From the NCBI GenBank assembly GCA_035221665.1, contig JAVHYY010000123.1:1-64000 (forward strand): a stretch of 64,000 nt of DNA. The letters are read 5' to 3'. The position numbers and the translations under genes are program-made. Under the pieces are notes generated by a model. It worked only from the letters and a program-made list of their open reading frames with translations, did not search any database and had not been told where the DNA came from. The stretch is from Okamejei kenojei. Its lineage: Eukaryota. Numbering within the stretch: the stretch's first letter is position 1; the number at the start of each line of letters is the position of its first letter. Below are positions 50,101 through 62,721 of the stretch, in pieces.

Positions 50101-52600
50101 TTAACCCTAGTACTGTAATCATGAATGTTGGATGTGTTCTGTTTCTGAACTATATGCTTACTCGCTTCCTCATACATTCTCATGGTGTTGAAAAATAGAT
50201 TTGGCTTGCTTCCAGGTGAACATCAAACTCCAGGGTTATTTGTATCATAAATTTATTAGGTCTAAAATGATGGAAAATTACAGTTTGAGAAAATGTAGTC
50301 TATCTCTGTGCCAGAACTAATTGATAGATAAATGAGCCGTGACCACAGTTAATGAGTTTGGCGATACCCGAAGATGTTGTGTGATTGATGGTTGTTCAAC
50401 CACACATTTTATGATTAAAAGAGTTTGCAAAATATCTCAATCTGTTCAAGATCACAAGATAAAGTTAATCAACCCATCTGGATCAATTGTGGAATCCAAC
50501 CATCCTGTACATTTGGTCACAATATTTCCTGCTACTGGAGGCCTTGCTATGCACTTACAAGTAAGCATATTGTATCATATTCCTGCTATTATCAAGATCC
50601 CAGCCACCTGCTACTTTACTGGAATTGAAGTACAAAAAAATGCTAGTTCTGTGCAGATGAGATTGAGTTGCCAATGTGTGGGGTTGGTGCTTTGACATCT
50701 CCATCTCACACTGCATGCCGAGTAGATTGGCTACTGTTGGTAATAAAGGCTGATTACTCTTTGGATAGACTCTGCCTTTATCATATAGTGCTGAATGGTA
50801 TCTGTGCAATTCGGCATGGGTGAGTGCTGACTTTGTCCCTGATCTCTTTTCACTGGTGTACATGGAAAGAGCATGCTATTTGTATTTTTTAATGTATATT
50901 TTGCTTCACCAAGTTTCTGGTTCCTGGCAGTTGATCTTTCCAGGAATTGGGCTGCCCTCCTGTGGACACTCGGGCATGTGTTTTGCCATAAGGAGAGGAG
51001 GTTGGATTGAGCTGAACCAAGTCCTATTTCTCAATCACTGCCTCGCCCAAACACTCATCAGGAATCATTGGATAATGATCAGAAACACCAGTGATCTGAC
51101 TTTCTTTTTGATTTTCCTTCAAGATGTGCCAAGTTAGCTCCCTCATTGCTGACTGTTTTAACACAAACTGGAAATGTAACCTGGGTCAGTTACAGGCTAT
51201 TTTTCTCCCAATGAATCACCAAGGAGAAGCTGTCCGCCTATTACTTAAATGGAAAACCTGGTCTATGCACTTCCTTATGCTGGGGAAACTGGCAGATACT
51301 CAAATAATGGGCCAAACTACTGAAGCTACCTAAACCAAACTGTTGGGTGGGCAAGTTTGGATTATATTCTAATGATACTAGCTTTACTATTTTGACCAAC
51401 TAAAACAATGATGTCACTTCTCAAGTTTGTATGTTGTTGACAGCTGGGCTGTTCAAATTAAAAAACAAACAGCAAAATCCTTTTTTATGTACACTGACAA
51501 ATAGCTGGGCTATTTCTTGTCTGTGACTAGTAGAGTAATTTCTTGGCCCAATCATCAATGATAAAAGCATAAGATATCAATGATACATTTTTATATATAT
51601 GGTAATTGCCTAATTACAAAGGTCTCTTTAGTTTAGACTGAACTGTCAAAAGGATTGAATTCTACATGGTTATTGCTGATGCTACATAGATAGCAGGGAA
51701 ACCTGATTGAAATACTTCCTTTAAAAAGCTTGGCGAGTATGAAGTAGCTGGTGTGCAACCGAATAATAGATTAATTACCGGATCACTTTAAGATGAAAGT
51801 GTAGAAAATGTCACTTGAAATAAATGTTGATTATTTCTGAGCTTGCAAGTGGACTTGCTGTATTACACATTACTGTTTTAATCTTTCTTATTTAGCTGTA
51901 ACTATATCACAACCTTTTTCTGTCCTATTGAATGTGATGTGGTGAAATAGCTTTTTGTAAATATTGCCACCATTGTATGAATGCAAGCCATATCTTGATA
52001 CTCACTGATGGTCCACATTATCAGGAAATCTTTTCTCTCGGTGTTCTGTGAAATAAGATAAGGATGATTTTATAAAGTTCTTTCCAAAGGGTCTCTCTTT
52101 TGATTAATGCATTCTCAGAGGAATTTTCAGTTCATCTTAAACTTAGCCTTGTTCTCCTGATATTCAAGTAGATTTGCGTCACACTTTGTGTGACGAACAA
52201 TGACCAATTTTGGCTCGGCATTGCTGAATCCAATTGCAGTGTCTTCGCTGCTGTTTTGGTTAACATTAGCTTTGTAAATGCACAGCACACATGGTTCTGT
52301 GGATTTCAGTGTGGAATGATTTGTAACCACATCAACAAGAGTAACGGGTTTAAGTATGGAAATTAAATGGGTTATCGTGATTTGCCAATGTGTCTAAAAC
52401 TGACTCTTTGAACTACTGCCATGCTGTACAGTGACTATGGAACAAATAATTCCATCAGATTACAGCATATTACAGATTCTCTTTGTCTGCATGAGCTTTA
52501 AATTTTAGGATTTCTCATTCTCTATTCTTTTGGGTAACTCCGCTGCTTCTGTATGACAAACGGATCTTATTTGAGAAAATATAAATAATTTTCAATTATC
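47102..52600 (+). other. CDC42SE1: Probable long non-coding terminal exon (3' UTR) of CDC42SE1
   Basis: Acceptor TTTTCCAG at 47101; AT-rich, no recognisable TE for ~5.5 kb; AATAAA near 49687 and 51819; end approximate. Confidence 0.5.
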
Positions 52601-53104
52601 TTACACAAACCAGCAGTAATCCTATGGTCTCACAATTATAGGTTACAATTCTATTATTCCCTTTGATGTGTTCCCACCCATGCCCTTCCCTCTACATACT
52701 CTCAAACCATCTCAAGTTCTGTGCTGTTTCCTCCTCCCCACCACATCCTCACCCTTTATCTCACACCATTCCTCAACCTTTTACTTCTATCCCTTCCTTG
52801 CATATTTCCATATCTCCCCCTATTCTTGACCCTCTTCCTCTTTCTCTCTCTCTCTCTCTCTCCTCCCCCCCCCCCCCTCCACCTACCCACTGTTGTGTTG
52901 TGGCTGCAGTGATTCTGAACCAGAATAGAAAGGCTGGCCAATGTCCAGATTGTGCTCCAGTCATCCATTGCCCTCAACAATGACATATATAAAAAGAGGG
53001 AGGCGAGAAATTTGTGCCAAAGAGGCAATAGAGACCGTCACATCTAATAAATCATCATTTTCACTCCATAAAGGTTTAATTTTCAAATGGTGACCAGAAT
53101 AATG

Positions 53105-53869
53105 ATCACAAACACAAAGTTACGTTTTATTGTGTTTAATTTATACAGATCGTGCAGAGAATCACTCTGTGATACACAGCAGTAAAATTCTGCAGAATAT
53201 TTGTGGCAGTCCAAACCATTCTCTCTTTATTGATATTGAGGTTAGTTGCCCACTGCTCCTGTTGGGAAAATTGAGATAAGAAAAATAAAGCAATGGCTCA
53301 AGCAACATTTAAACTGGGGATCGTCAACACTTTCTGAGCATATTAACCAAAATAACAAGAATAAGATTGCACATTTTATTCCCATGGTTTGTGAATGCAA
53401 AGTACAGTATTAGAACCAGTGCATCACTATAAAGATATCTTATTCAATTCCCCGTTTACCCCATTCTCGATTATTTGTTACTTTCAATATGTCTGAACTT
53501 CAACACAATGTTGGTTACTTATTTAACAGTAGAGGGCATACTACCTTGTTACACTATTATACATTTTCTCACTGCTTTGCGGCACAGTGTTTCTCTGGCA
53601 CTTTTTCTTCGCAGTAATCAGTTTCACAATATTCTTATATTCATTTATTAAAAAATCATATTTGCCTTAAAGTTGGCAACTCTCAACAGTTCACTGGTAA
53701 CAAAGTAACCATAATAAATTATATCCCTATGACAATATGCAATTTCAACAGATTTTCTGCATTCATAACAAACTGATACCAGGACCAGAATAAAACGCGT
53801 TAATAAACAGAGGTAATAATTCCTGTGCAATTTTGCAATTTTCTTTCAATTTTGCCTCAGTCCTAATTT
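53105..53869 (-). other. C1orf56: Probable non-coding terminal exon of C1orf56
   Basis: Acceptor CTTTCTTTGTAG ending 53870; minus-strand AATAAA at 53131-53126 followed by GT-rich sequence. Confidence 0.5.
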
Positions 53870-54699
53870 CTACAAAGAAAGCTCATCACCATGTCCACTT
53901 CCTCAGAAGATTGAAAATATTTAGTATGTTGCTGAAGACTTTATCGAACTTCTAGGGGTAGAAAGCATACTGATTGGTTGCATCACGGCCTGGTTCGGTA
54001 ACTCATATCTACGTTATTTTTGCACTTACGGTCAGCATTAATGATTATTCTTTTATTGTGTTATTGATTATTGTACATTTGTGTTGTTATATTAATGGGC
54101 CTTTAAGGCTGCAAAAAGTTAAAATGTGATTGTTCTGTTGCAAATATTAAATCCTCTTGACTTCTTTCCCACAGGCCAGGGAAAGGGCCCTGATAACAGT
54201 GCTCTGCAAAATGATCTTCAATCCCGTCCATCACCCACCTAGGTTCCCAATCTCCCCCTCTGCAATCCCTTTCCACACACTGGGGCCCCAATTCCCATTG
54301 TGTTTTGTAATTTCTGCAATACACCATGTAGGCCTCGTCACAGGCCTCCATTCTGAAACATAATCTGCTATAATATGTGACTAACAATGGAAGAATTCAG
54401 CAGATCAAGTAACTTTGATGGAAAACAAAGATCAGGTTGATGACCTTTCAAGTAATAGAAGAATCACGCATGAAATATTCTTTTGGTCTACTGGCAGTAT
54501 AAGTTCCAGCTTTTTCACTCAATTATCATCTTGACTTCTCAGGCCCAAGAGGCTCATAGAAGCAGAATAAGGGTAGCAGTGCAGCTTAAAAGTTTGTGTA
54601 CAGGTATGGAAGTGATGATTTTCAGGCCTGACATCATTCGCAGCAAATAACAGTCAGGCTTTAATGGGACAGTCATTTTGTGATGATCTGCATAGATTA

Positions 54700-55225
54700 G
54701 TTTAATATCTATGCCGATCAATAATCAATAGGTGTACCGAGTACAATGAAAAGCTATTGTTTGCGTACTATCCAATCAAATAAATGATATATACATGATT
54801 ATAATCAAGCCATCCACAGTTTACAGATGCAGAGTGCAACATTTAGTGCAAGATAAAGTCCAATTAAAGATAGCTCGGAGATCTCCAATGAGGCAGATGT
54901 GAAGACAGCACTGTGCCCTAACCTATGAGACCTACAGCAGTACTTCCATCTCAAAGTTGCAGCGCGTTGTAGACTTAGCTTATAAGAGGACCATTCTGTT
55001 GCCTGATAACAACTGGAGAAAAAACTGTCCCTGAATCTGAGGTATGTATTTTCTCAGTTCTGTATCTCTCACTTGACTGGAGAGTGGGGAAAGGGGAGTG
55101 ATTGAGGTGAGACTGGTCCTTAATTATGTTGGTGGCCTTGCCAAGGCAGTGTGAAGTGCAGATGGAGTCAATGGAAGAGAGGTCTGTATACATGATGGTC
55201 TGGGCTTGGTCCACAACTCTGCAAC
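54700..55225 (-). mobile_element. Rex1/Babar-like LINE 3' fragment
   Basis: ORF LSSIDSIC..CLGKATNIIKDQSH; tail matches the 27.4 kb copy. Confidence 0.6.
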
Positions 55226-55379
55226 ATTGAAGTGGAAGTGGTGCTGGTAGGTTAAAGGCTGGTAGGGCTTTGGTGAATTCCGGGATTCAGTGAGGAGGGT
55301 ATGCAAAATCAAGGTAAGAAGTTTATTCCTTATGTGTACAAGGTGTATTTTCCAGTGTGCATTAAGGGGCCAGTTATGG

Positions 55380-58050
55380 CAGTTCATAGAGTGGTATGCT
55401 CCTCGTCATGAAGAAATCAGGAACTAGTCGTGTCTCTGACAACTATGTCTGCAGGAAGTATTGCTAGCTGCTCCTCTCAGACAATATGGATCAGTTGGAG
55501 CAGCAGTTGTACACACTGAAGAATATATAGGAAGCAAAGAGATTTACAGATAGTAGCTTCAATGGGGTAAGCACACCAAGGTTTAGCAAGATAGATGGAA
55601 GACTGCCAGGCCAGTGCAGCAGTTTCCTGTGGTGATCTACCTCTAAAATAAGTGTGCCATTTTGAAAATTGTTGGGGGAGGCGGAGTAACCTCTCCGCTG
55701 CAAATAACAGCAGTAGCCACTAGAACAACAGTACCATGTCTGACTGTTGCACAGCAACGTAGGGCGTGTCTAGGCGAGCTATAGTGATAGGGGAGATTGT
55801 AGTCACAGATAGGCATTTACGTAACTGCAAACCAGACTTCAGGATGTGATGTGAGAAAGAACTGCAGATGCTGGATAAAATCGAATGGTAGACACAAATG
55901 CTGGAGTAACTCAGTGGTACTGCACTTCTTCCCACCCTCTTCCCGTAAAGACTCCCAATTCCTCCATCTATGCCCAGGATGAGGCGTTCTATACTAGGGC
56001 ATCGAAAGATGTCCTCATTCTTTAGGAAACGGGGGTTCCCCTCTTCTATTATAGATGAGGCTCTCACTAGGGTCTCCTCGATATCCCGCAGTTCTGCTCT
56101 TACTTCCCCCTCCCCCTCCCCCTATTCGTAACAAGGGCAGAGTCCCCTTGTCCTCACCTTCCACCCGATCAGCCATGGCATACAGCATATAATCCTCCGA
56201 CATTTTCGCCACCTCCAACGGGATCCCACTACTGTCCACATCTTCCCATCTCCACCCATTTCTGCTTCCCGCAGAGACCATTCCCTCCGTAACTCCCTAG
56301 TCAATTTGTCCCTTCCCACCCAAACCACCCTCTCCCCAGGTACTTTCCCCTACAACCTCAGGAAATGCAACACGTCCCTTTACCTCCCCCCTCGACCCCA
56401 TCCAAGGACCCAACAGTCTTTACAGGTGAGGCAGAGGTTCACTTGCACCTCGCCTCCTCCAACCTCATCTACTGTATCCGTTGTTCCAGGTGTCAACTTC
56501 CCTACATCGGCGAGACCAAACGCAGGCTCGGTGATCGTTTTACTGGACACCTCCACTCAGTCCGTCGTAACCTACCTGATCTCCTGGTTGCTCAGCACTT
56601 CAACTCCCATTCCCAGTCTGACCTTTCTGTCCTGGGCCCCTCCATTGTCAGAGTAAGGCCCAGTGCAAATTGGAGGAACAGCACCTCATATTTTGCTTGG
56701 GTAGTTTGCACCCCAGCGGTATGAACGTTGACTTTTTTTAACTTCAGAAAGCCCTTGCTTTCTCTGACTTTTCCCTCCCCTTCCCAGTTCTCCTATTAGT
56801 CCTACTATCACTGCCTACTTTCTATCTTTGTCCCCTCCCCCAACATCAGTCTGAAGAAGGGTCTAGACCCAAAACGTCACCCATTCTCCCCATAGATGCT
56901 GCCTCACCCGCTGAGTTACAGCATTTGTGTATCTTCAGGATGATGTGTTGCCTTCCTGGTGCCAAGCTCTGGGATGTCTGAGCAGACACAGGACAGTCTG
57001 AGAGAGGTAAATGAACAGCCAGAGGTTGAGGTCCACACTGGTATGAATAATATGCAAATGAAGGGAGGTATGGTCCTGCAAAGAAGTATATATGTGTGAG
57101 CGAGAGAGATCGAGATCGAGAGAGATTTTGTTGGCTGGCCTCTCTTCCAGGGCAGGTGGGACCTTCACAAGATAGACAGGTTGCACATGAACAAATATCC
57201 TTGCAGTGAAGTTTACTGGCACTACTTGAGAGGATTTAAACCAGAGTGTGGGGAAGGGGAGGGAACCACAACAGCAGTGGAGCGATTGGAAGGTAGTGAT
57301 TATGATAACTATGAAAGGAAGGACAAGCAGAGACCCGGTTAATGAACATGATGAAACTGATGGATGGAAGTGTTTATTTCGATGCAAGGAGTGGTATGGG
57401 TGGAGCAGATTAAATTAGAACCTGTATCAGGGCATGGAACAATAAAGTTGTGATTATTACAGAACTTTTAGTTTGAGAACAGGACAGGCAGCTCAACAAT
57501 GCAGGGTTTTGATATTTTGGTCATTGAAAGAGAGGTAAGAGGTAGAAGAATTGTGCTACTAATTGGGGAAAATGCCTCCACTGTAATCGGTGAGAACATC
57601 CTGGAGGATTCATCCACTGAGGGAATTATGGATAGATCAAAAAAATAATGAGGTAATCACTCTGATGGAATAATAATAAGGATGGAATTATACTGGCCAG
57701 CAAATATTCAGAGGGAGAGAAGTAGAAAAATGTTGCCAGTTTATAGAAACTTGCAGCTAGGTTGTCGTAGTGGGTGACTTTGAATTCCCCAATATTGGGT
57801 ACACCAAGTATGCAAATGGAGGAGAGACATAGTCTATATTGTATTGGGAAACAGGCCTGGCTAGGTAACTGGCGTTTCAATGGCAGAGTATTTTGAGAAT
57901 AGTGATCTGGATCTTGGGAGAAAGTACTAAATTGGGGGTGGGCAATCACATTATTAGGCTGGAGCTAGGAAGTGTTAATTGGAAGCAGCTGTTATTGGGT
58001 AAGTCCACATCTGACATGGAAGTTAGTAAAGATCAGATCAGAGTTTAGGA
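55380..58050 (+). mobile_element. Old CR1 ORF1 (esterase)/endonuclease region interrupted by a Penelope element
   Basis: RAIVIG.. then CCLPGAK rejoined across the insert; VVVGDFEFPNI-like APE motif near 57765. Confidence 0.7.
55854..56932 (+). mobile_element. 5'-truncated Penelope-like retroelement (RT thumb + GIY-YIG endonuclease + terminal repeat)
   Basis: RVPLVLTFHP linker; NLIYCIRCSRCQLPYIGETKRRLGDRF..H; inverted partial terminal repeat at 5' end; CTTCAGGATG(T)GATGTG duplicated on both flanks. Confidence 0.9.
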
Positions 58051-58149
58051 CTTGCATTATCCAGAGAAATCTTTACACTGTCCAATGGCTCAAATACATG
58101 TTTTAGCAAATCACTGATAGAGAATCTGAAATGAAATCCTGGCAAGTGC

Positions 58150-58760
58150 TGGCTTACAAAATAAACTACAAAGTGCTGGAATAACTCGGCGTGTCAGGCT
58201 GCAACTCTCGAGGATGTGGATCGGTGACATTTCGTTTCAATATAGAAAAGAGGTTTGTGGGGGGCAGGGGGGTGGAATAAAGCCTGGCAGGTGATGGGCG
58301 ATTAAAGGGGAGGAGGGTTTTGGCTGCAGTTGGTTGGACAAATGTTACAGATTAAAAGAAAACAAAGGGATGTAAGATACGGGGAGTGACAGGTGAAGCG
58401 AGGAAATTATATATGTGGGGGAAAAGGGGATAGGAAAGTGGAAGGAATGGGTGCACACCTGAATGGAGCATTGAAGAGAGCATGTTTAAAATTGGGGCAT
58501 TCAAAGTTCATGCCAATATGTGGAATATGAGATGTTCCTTCAGTTTACGTGGCCCCAAGCTGGCAATGGAGGAGCCTACACAGAAAGGTCTGAACGGGAA
58601 GGGGAATTTGAATGGTTAACAACCAGGAGATCCAGCAAGCCTAGGCTGACCAAGTGCAAGTATTCAGCGAAACAGTCACCTCGTCTAAGCGTGGTCTTGC
58701 TGATGTAAAGGAGGCTATAGCAGGAGGATCGAATGTAGCAGATGTGGTTAGAGGAAGTGT
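58150..58760 (-). mobile_element. Degenerate Penelope 3' fragment
   Basis: Reverse-strand similarity to GIY-YIG end and terminal repeat of the 56 kb element. Confidence 0.6.
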
Positions 58761-58922
58761 ATATTTAAGGTTTGGTCGAACTGTCCTTTAACTGAAAATT
58801 ACCACGGTTTAAAACCTCCATGATGTACCCAACAACACATTGAAAACCATCCAAATCAAATTCAGTTTTGAAACAGCCTGCATGTTTCACTTCTCACTCT
58901 GCAGGTGCCTTACCTCATTGAC

Positions 58923-60395
58923 TTAAGTCTCTTCCTTTGTGTTTTTCTGTAGGAAAGTCTTGATTTTATGATAGAGAGCCTGGACCCCCTTCTTCAATTT
59001 TTTCCAGTAATCTTTGGAGTCCATGACCTCCTGATAGGCAATGTCACTCAACACACAGGTGTAAGGGTTTGCGTCCAAGCACGTTACATTATTGAGATGG
59101 CACTGCTTGTCCAGTCTGCTGCAGTTACACACCTTGTAATTGCATGGTTTCCTTTGGAAATTGCTGGGCTGGTAGTCATTAGAATGCAGAGTGATGCCAG
59201 TCTTTTTGTCCATGATGCCCCGAATACGGGACATGCTGCTATTCAGACAGTTGCAGTACCAAGCGCTCCATCTAGCCCAGCTGTAGGAAGAGCTGTCCAG
59301 TGAGATCACAATAGTCTGTGGCTCAGGTGATTTTGTGATTTCTACATTTCCCCCCACCGTTTGGGTTACGTGTTTGTCAGGCACAATGCTAAATTTATGT
59401 TCCTCTATTTTGGCCACAACAATATTTTCAGTTATTTTATTTGGAGAGGTGACTGTCACATTATCAGTATTTTCATTCTGCACAGTGACTACACGCTCAT
59501 CTAATGCATTTGTATCTGAATAATGTTTGGTTATGATTTCTCTGCCATTGGTTAAAATGACTGAGTTGTTACTGTTTCCAGACCTGCTAATCTTAATTTC
59601 TGACCTATTGCCGATTACGAGGGATGAAGCACTATCAGTATTGGTCCCATTTGAGGTGGCAACAATTATTTCATCACCTTTATTTAAGACAATTGGAGTT
59701 AAACTGGAGTTTTCAGATTCCTTGGAGTTGGTGATGATGATCTCAGCCCCACCCCCACCACCGCCCAGCACGATGGGCATCGACGTATCATTGGCCCCCG
59801 TTTCTGAATGGGCAATGATGATCTCGTCGCCAACTCTTAGCACAATGGGCATCCTGCTCTCCGTCTCCGTCCCGTTTGAATTGATGATCACAATCTCTGC
59901 GCCACTATTTACTGGCACTGGGACATCGGTCTGGAGGGCTGCTATATCATTCAGGGTTCCCGTCGCAATACGGGTGGAGTTAGAAAGAACAACGTGGGCC
60001 GAGGCCTCAAGCAAGGTGTATTCAGCACTGCTAGGCTGGGTACTAGTGGGCTGGCCACCAGTGGGTTGGTTGCTGCTACTGCTGCTCGCTATGGCAATCG
60101 CCACGGTAGCCTGGTCACTGGACTCGATGACAGACACCATGCTCGAGGTGGCATTGGGCAGGGCGCTGCCGTTCGCGGCAATAGCGTGCTGGGCGCTGCC
60201 GTTCGCGGCGATGGCGGGCTGGACGCCTGCGGGCTGGGTGCTGCCGGTGGCCGTGGTGGGCAGCGACTGCGCACCGCCACCCGGCGCCTTCACCTCCTCA
60301 ACCAGCTTCACCTTCGTCTCCTCCTGCACGGCAGTCAGCGTGGCCCCGAGCAGCATCGGCTGCACTAGCAGGAAGGCTAAGGTCGCAAGTCGCAT
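58923..60395 (-). CDS. C1orf56: C1orf56/MENT homolog, 490 aa secreted protein, whole CDS in one exon
   Basis: Signal peptide MRLATLAFLLVQPMLLG; WARWSAWYCNC..SMSR..RKPC.Y..C.C TSP1-like Cys region; C-terminal YWKKLKKGVQALY helix; synteny. Confidence 0.88.
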   Translation of the reverse strand: MRLATLAFLLVQPMLLGATLTAVQEETKVKLVEEVKAPGGGAQSLPTTATGSTQPAGVQPAIAANGSAQHAIAANGSALPNATSSMVSVIESSDQATVAIAIASSSSSNQPTGGQPTSTQPSSAEYTLLEASAHVVLSNSTRIATGTLNDIAALQTDVPVPVNSGAEIVIINSNGTETESRMPIVLRVGDEIIIAHSETGANDTSMPIVLGGGGGGAEIIITNSKESENSSLTPIVLNKGDEIIVATSNGTNTDSASSLVIGNRSEIKISRSGNSNNSVILTNGREIITKHYSDTNALDERVVTVQNENTDNVTVTSPNKITENIVVAKIEEHKFSIVPDKHVTQTVGGNVEITKSPEPQTIVISLDSSSYSWARWSAWYCNCLNSSMSRIRGIMDKKTGITLHSNDYQPSNFQRKPCNYKVCNCSRLDKQCHLNNVTCLDANPYTCVLSDIAYQEVMDSKDYWKKLKKGVQALYHKIKTFLQKNTKEET

Positions 60396-60399
60396 AGCT

Positions 60400-60720
60400 G
60401 TCGCTTGTGTCCTCAGGCGGTAAGACGCGGGCTGCACCGACCATCGTGGCGGCCATTCGCGGCAGCGACGGTTGCCGGCGGCGCGCGCGTATCCAAGGGC
60501 GCCCTTTCTGCCGTCACCACCCCGCGCTCATACCCTGACCAATCGCGCGGCTTCCCGCCCAAACGCCGAGTGGGCGGGCGCTGTCGTCACCGCGGGTTGT
60601 CCGCTCGCCAGCCCAACGCCGCCGACATTCCGGATATCCCGACCATACGCTTCTCAACAATTACCGGCTACACGTTCTTAAAATATCGTCGGTTGTGTTT
60701 GATCTCTTCATGTGGTGCGG
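60400..60720 (-). promoter_or_regulatory. C1orf56: CpG-island promoter of C1orf56
   Basis: CpG-dense; CCAAT at 60539-60543; GGGCGG box; GCGCGCGC tract. Confidence 0.7.
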
Positions 60721-61309
60721 TTACCTCTGGCCACAAAGGGTAAAGTACAAGAATGCGAAGTATGGCCACTGTGAGAACTGGATCTTTGGTCAAGGTGACA
60801 TCATGGCCACCCAGTTGGTCTGGCGGCTGATGCCTTTGGATGTGATCCTCGTCGCTAATCATTGTCATTCGCCACCTGCATAGACTAATTCACCACCTGC
60901 GCGAATAAAAGGAATCCCCATCATGGGAGTCAATGGGTTACAAATGGCAAGACAATGCCATGTCAGACTCTTGGGGAGGTGTAATTTCCTCAGCATAGCT
61001 ATTCAAAAAGCGGCAAAGAACCAGGAGCCACCATCATCATGTAGAAAACTGCCAGGCTCCAATTGGCTTTTACAACACCACATCCATCCTGTAGCTACTG
61101 GGACCACAGAGGCCACATCTCCAAATGATAGTAGCATCAAAAAGTTTCTGATCTTCCATCAAACAGCTGGCTCAGGTAACTATTTATGCTGGCTGGAAGG
61201 TTGATAAGCAGAGGATCCAGGTGAACCCCCCCCCAAATAAAAGGCCAGGAGAGTGAAGAGTGATTTTCTTGCTGATCCAGAATGGACTTATCTGAATCCA
61301 GAATGGACT

Positions 61310-61636
61310 TGCTGTCTCCTCCCCTTTCCCACCTCTCCCTCAGCCCTTGGGCCCTGGCATTCCCTCTATCTCTATCTCCCTCCCCCACCCCAGTCGCACC
61401 AGCTTCTCATTTTCACACCACAAACAGCTTACAATGGCTTGTTCCCTTTATCATCTATACTTTTTTGCATATCTTTCATTCATTGTTCCTTATCTCTCCA
61501 CATCACCGTCTATATCTCTCGTTTCCCTGATCCCTGACCAGTCTGAAGAAGGGTCTCGACCCGAAACGTCGCCTATCTCCTTCGCTCCTTAGATGCTGCT
61601 GCACCCGCTGAGTTTCTCCAGCTTTTTGTGTACCCT
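61310..61636 (+). mobile_element. Penelope-derived element with intact hammerhead core
   Basis: CTGAAGAAGGGTCTCGACCCGAAACGTC at 61543-61570; 5' part shared with the centre of the 45.4 kb element. Confidence 0.82.
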
Positions 61637-62721
61637 GGACTTGTCTGAAAGTTCTATGATCACTGATTCAACTTTCAAACAGGAAATTGGATTTGTAAAT
61701 CATGTGTAAAAGCAGAGTGTGAGTCTTTCATGGGGCTGGCATATAGTGATTGAATGGTCTCCAGTGCTGTACTATTCAAAGACACATTAAACATTCAGGG
61801 AGTGTGGATATTGCTATCTCTAATTTAACAGGCAGTTTAAGAGTCCATCCCACCTATGGGTCTGGAGTCATGTCGTTTTGCAGTTCCGATGAAGGCCTTT
61901 GGCATGCTTGCATTTGGATATGTGCATGGATAAGGGTTTAGAGAGTCATGGGTCCAAATGGGAGGACCCTAGGATACCAACTTGGTCCACATGAACAGTT
62001 TGAGCTGAAGGTCATGTTTCCATGTTGTATAGTTCAATGACTCAAAGCTAGATGAGTTAAGGACATCAAATTTCATTCCCTCACAGACATTAGGGAACTT
62101 TGTGGTCTTGTACTTCAATCCAGTCGATTTATGCCTTCTGTATCCAGATTGAATCCCAGATGTAGTTAATTACTTGAATTTAACATCACCAGATGAGATT
62201 CAGACGTGTGTCTCTGGTTTAAAACATAACGGCTATGCTAATGTGCCTATTTATATTATATTGGTATTAGAGCTAATTGAACTTCTCCAAACTGTTTCCA
62301 CCTGCTACAATTTGTAAAATTTGTCCTTCAAAATGTCAAAGCCTTTCCTCTCATTACAGCAAAAACAATTGCTCCTGAATTATAGAAATGTAAGGCACAG
62401 GAAGGCCCTAAATTTAAGGCGCAGTCAGGCCATGTGACAACATACTCATCCAGGTACTTTTAAATATGTTCGAGATTTCTGCAGCCAGCATTGACAATGA
62501 GATCTGTATTCTCATTCACCTCTGAGTAAAACAAATCTCTTCTCCCCTTTAATCCTTCTACAAGTTAGCTTAAACCATGCTCCATCTGTACCATGAGAAA
62601 TAGGAATTCATCTTTTCAATTAATTTATTTATAAATTGCAATTTAAATTTATTTTAGCTTTTTTTCCTCCCCCCAAAGAAAACACTGAGAATCCATAATA
62701 AAAGAAGAAACTACTGTAACT

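Noticed and set aside
59527-60423. 298-aa plus-strand ORF
   Set aside because: Antisense shadow of the C1orf56 CDS with a non-ATG start and no independent features
60396-60437. 14-aa N-terminal extension of the 504-aa ORF
   Set aside because: Begins at GTG; the first ATG at 60395 directly opens a signal peptide
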